This document shows positions 61,695-64,000 of a stretch of 64,000 nt of DNA, in pieces. Position 1 is the stretch's first letter. Every line of letters begins with the position of its first letter. The stretch lies in NCBI GenBank assembly GCA_964016885.1, contig OZ024743.1, forward strand, positions 251,410,001-251,474,000, in the 5' to 3' direction. The DNA comes from Eledone cirrhosa. Taxonomy: Eukaryota. The translations under genes and the position numbers were made by a program. The notes under the pieces were generated by a model. That model searched no databases and was not told the origin of the DNA. It saw nothing but the letters and a program-made list of their open reading frames with translations.

Positions 61695-62650
61695 ACCGTG
61701 TAGTCCTCATTCATCTCCTCCACATCCTCAAAGCAGATACCCTCGAGCTTTTCCTTCAGAAGTCATATGGGATTAATTCTGGACTGTAGTCAAGATGTGA
61801 AATAATCTTGATTCCCCATATTGGCCATGTAGTTGGTCACCAGGATAGATTTGTGGCAAGGGGCATTGTACTGGTGTAGGTGTCACTGATGTGACTTGAA
61901 GAATTCTGGACTCTTGAGACAAAATCTCTTTCTGAACTTCTTCAAAACCTCTACATAGTACTGTTTGTTGACTGTCTGGCCGTGGGGTACCCAGTGTATA
62001 TAGATGATGCTCTTACTGTTGAAGAATGAGATAATCATGAACTTCCCAGTGGACCTGCGTTGTCTGGCCTTCTTGGGTCTTGGGGAGTCAGAATGTTTCC
62101 ATTGGGCACTCTGTCTCTTGGTCTCTGGATCATAACAGTAGACCCAGCTCTTGTCATAGGTTACCAGAGACTCAAGGACACTTGGATTCAAAGCAATCCA
62201 CTTGACCATCTCTCTTCTGTCATTAACCTGCCTCTGCCTTTGATCTTCATTGTGCATCCTGGGAACAAACTTTTCATATGTTCAGATCATCATGAATGAA
62301 ACTGTGCTCAATGCCCTCAGCCACATATAATTGTTTATCAATCGTTGGAAGAGATGCATGACAGACCCCACATCCAGAAATTTGTGAATGTTGTTAACCA
62401 GCTTTGATGTCCTGATCTCCCTCTACTTGCCACACCTCTCATCGCCACTCACCTGCTCCCTGCCCTCCTAGAACCTCTTGCACCAGCAGAAAACAATGGC
62501 TCAGCTCATAAAAGTCAATCTGTAAGCAGTTTGAACATTTCATAGTTTTCTGCAGCATTTTTAACTGAGCTAGAAACAAAACATTCTTGCATATCAAGCC
62601 TCCAAGTTATCCTCACATCTCAACTGCATTGTGGAATGAGTCAGCTGTGA
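61695..62650 (-). mobile_element. Mariner (DD34D) transposase relic
   Basis: VTYDKSWVYCYDPETKRQSAQW, GQTVNKQYY, HQYNAPCH and YSPEL motifs, with stops and frameshifts. Confidence 0.85.
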
Positions 62651-63399
62651 CAAGACGTGTATGATGGGTAGTATAGTTTGGTTGTTAAGAGAAAGACAGA
62701 TAGATAAACAGAAAAATAAATAGCAAGTTAGATAGATGTGTGGTTTCAGTGTTATTCATCCAGCATTCATTTAAGTTCTCCTGTAGCAGAATATTTTCCA
62801 TACATTTATTAACTACAGCTTTTCTAACTTCCAAACTTAAATTAATCCTTTCTTTACCATATATCTTCTGATATTTTCCTATTTACCTTTCATTTAATCA
62901 GAGCTGCATTTTCTTCACTCCTTTCTTTTATGCAAACACTCATACATACCAACACACACACACACACGTGTGTGCATACATACTAACACATATAAATACC
63001 AACATATGGAGACAAGAATATATATACAGAGATACTCTCACACACACGTGCAGATACCAACATATACATATATGAATATATCATACAGGTACACACACAC
63101 ATCAAAACATATTAATATATATATATATATACACACATGCATGTATATATGCCTATTCATGCATACATACACACAAAAGCCAGTAAATCAATTTACATAC
63201 AGATACACATTCATATGCATAAACATATGTGTTTATCTGTACATATTTTCATAATACACAGATGTAAATATATATGTGTGTATATATATATGGGTGCATG
63301 TGTACAAATTATAAATGTATTTGTCTGCATAGATTTATACATGTGTGTGTGTGTGTGTATATATATATCATCATCATCATCGTTAAATGATGATGATGA

Positions 63400-63446
<47 letters not shown>

Positions 63447-64000
63447 TGCATATGTAGACACAAATATACCCAAGTGTATTTGTGTGTGTGTATAGAGAGA
63501 GATATACATATGCCCATACATACACACAGGCAAACATATTTATACAAACATTTAACCATTTCCCATGAATTCACACACATGCACACATAAATGTCAGGAC
63601 AAATATTTGTTTTAGATTTTCTACTCAGATAAAAAAAAAAAACATTAGAAATATATTTGTAAATAATATATATATGTGTGTGTATATATGATATATAATG
63701 GCAAGCCAATATATTTGCATGTGTATGTGTGTATATATATATTAGCAAGGAATTTCATAGGTTTTAGTGATTGAATTGAAATCTTCGGTGACATAAATAT
63801 TAATTGATTTCTTAACTAAAAGATAAATAGAAGGATGACAAATGCTGTTGCCTTTATTTTCTTTGTATATATCTGGATCTTATATAAGAAATACAGATAT
63901 TTCCAAATATATATCATCATCGTTTAACATCCACCTTCCCAGCAAGGAAGCGTAAGACCTCCCAGACTGGCCTTTGAAGGTTATTCTGCATTTTGCTTAT

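Overview
Very AT-rich, repeat-saturated animal genomic DNA with no host protein-coding gene that I can support; it reads as intronic or intergenic. The repeat mix (abundant RTE LINEs with (GAT)n tails, two tRNA-derived SINE families, huge (TA)n/(TATG)n tracts) suggests a coleoid cephalopod such as an octopus, which is an inference. Main elements: (1) a structurally complete but frameshifted Mag-type Ty3/Gypsy LTR retrotransposon (39813-44812, minus strand, 276-bp LTRs); (2) a 5'-truncated Penelope-like element (PLE) with Naiad-type RT and GIY-YIG domains (23935-26390); (3) at least eight RTE LINE copies; (4) CR1, Tx1/L1, R4/Dong-like and Proto2/RTE-like LINE relics; (5) a mariner relic and several MITEs. 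The most striking signal is a dispersed set of short cassettes sitting in (TA)n tracts. They carry minimal type-I hammerhead ribozyme motifs (3595-3668, 19058-19106, 22937-22979, 26296-26335, 31206-31247, 31611-31663), and several have fold-back inverted arms. One is a 136-bp near-perfect palindrome that encodes a hammerhead on each strand. The Gypsy element has an odd primer-binding region: five tandem tRNA T-arm-like 22-mers, plus an exact 22-nt copy of the LTR-end/PBS junction inside gag. All coordinates and mismatch counts were read by eye.
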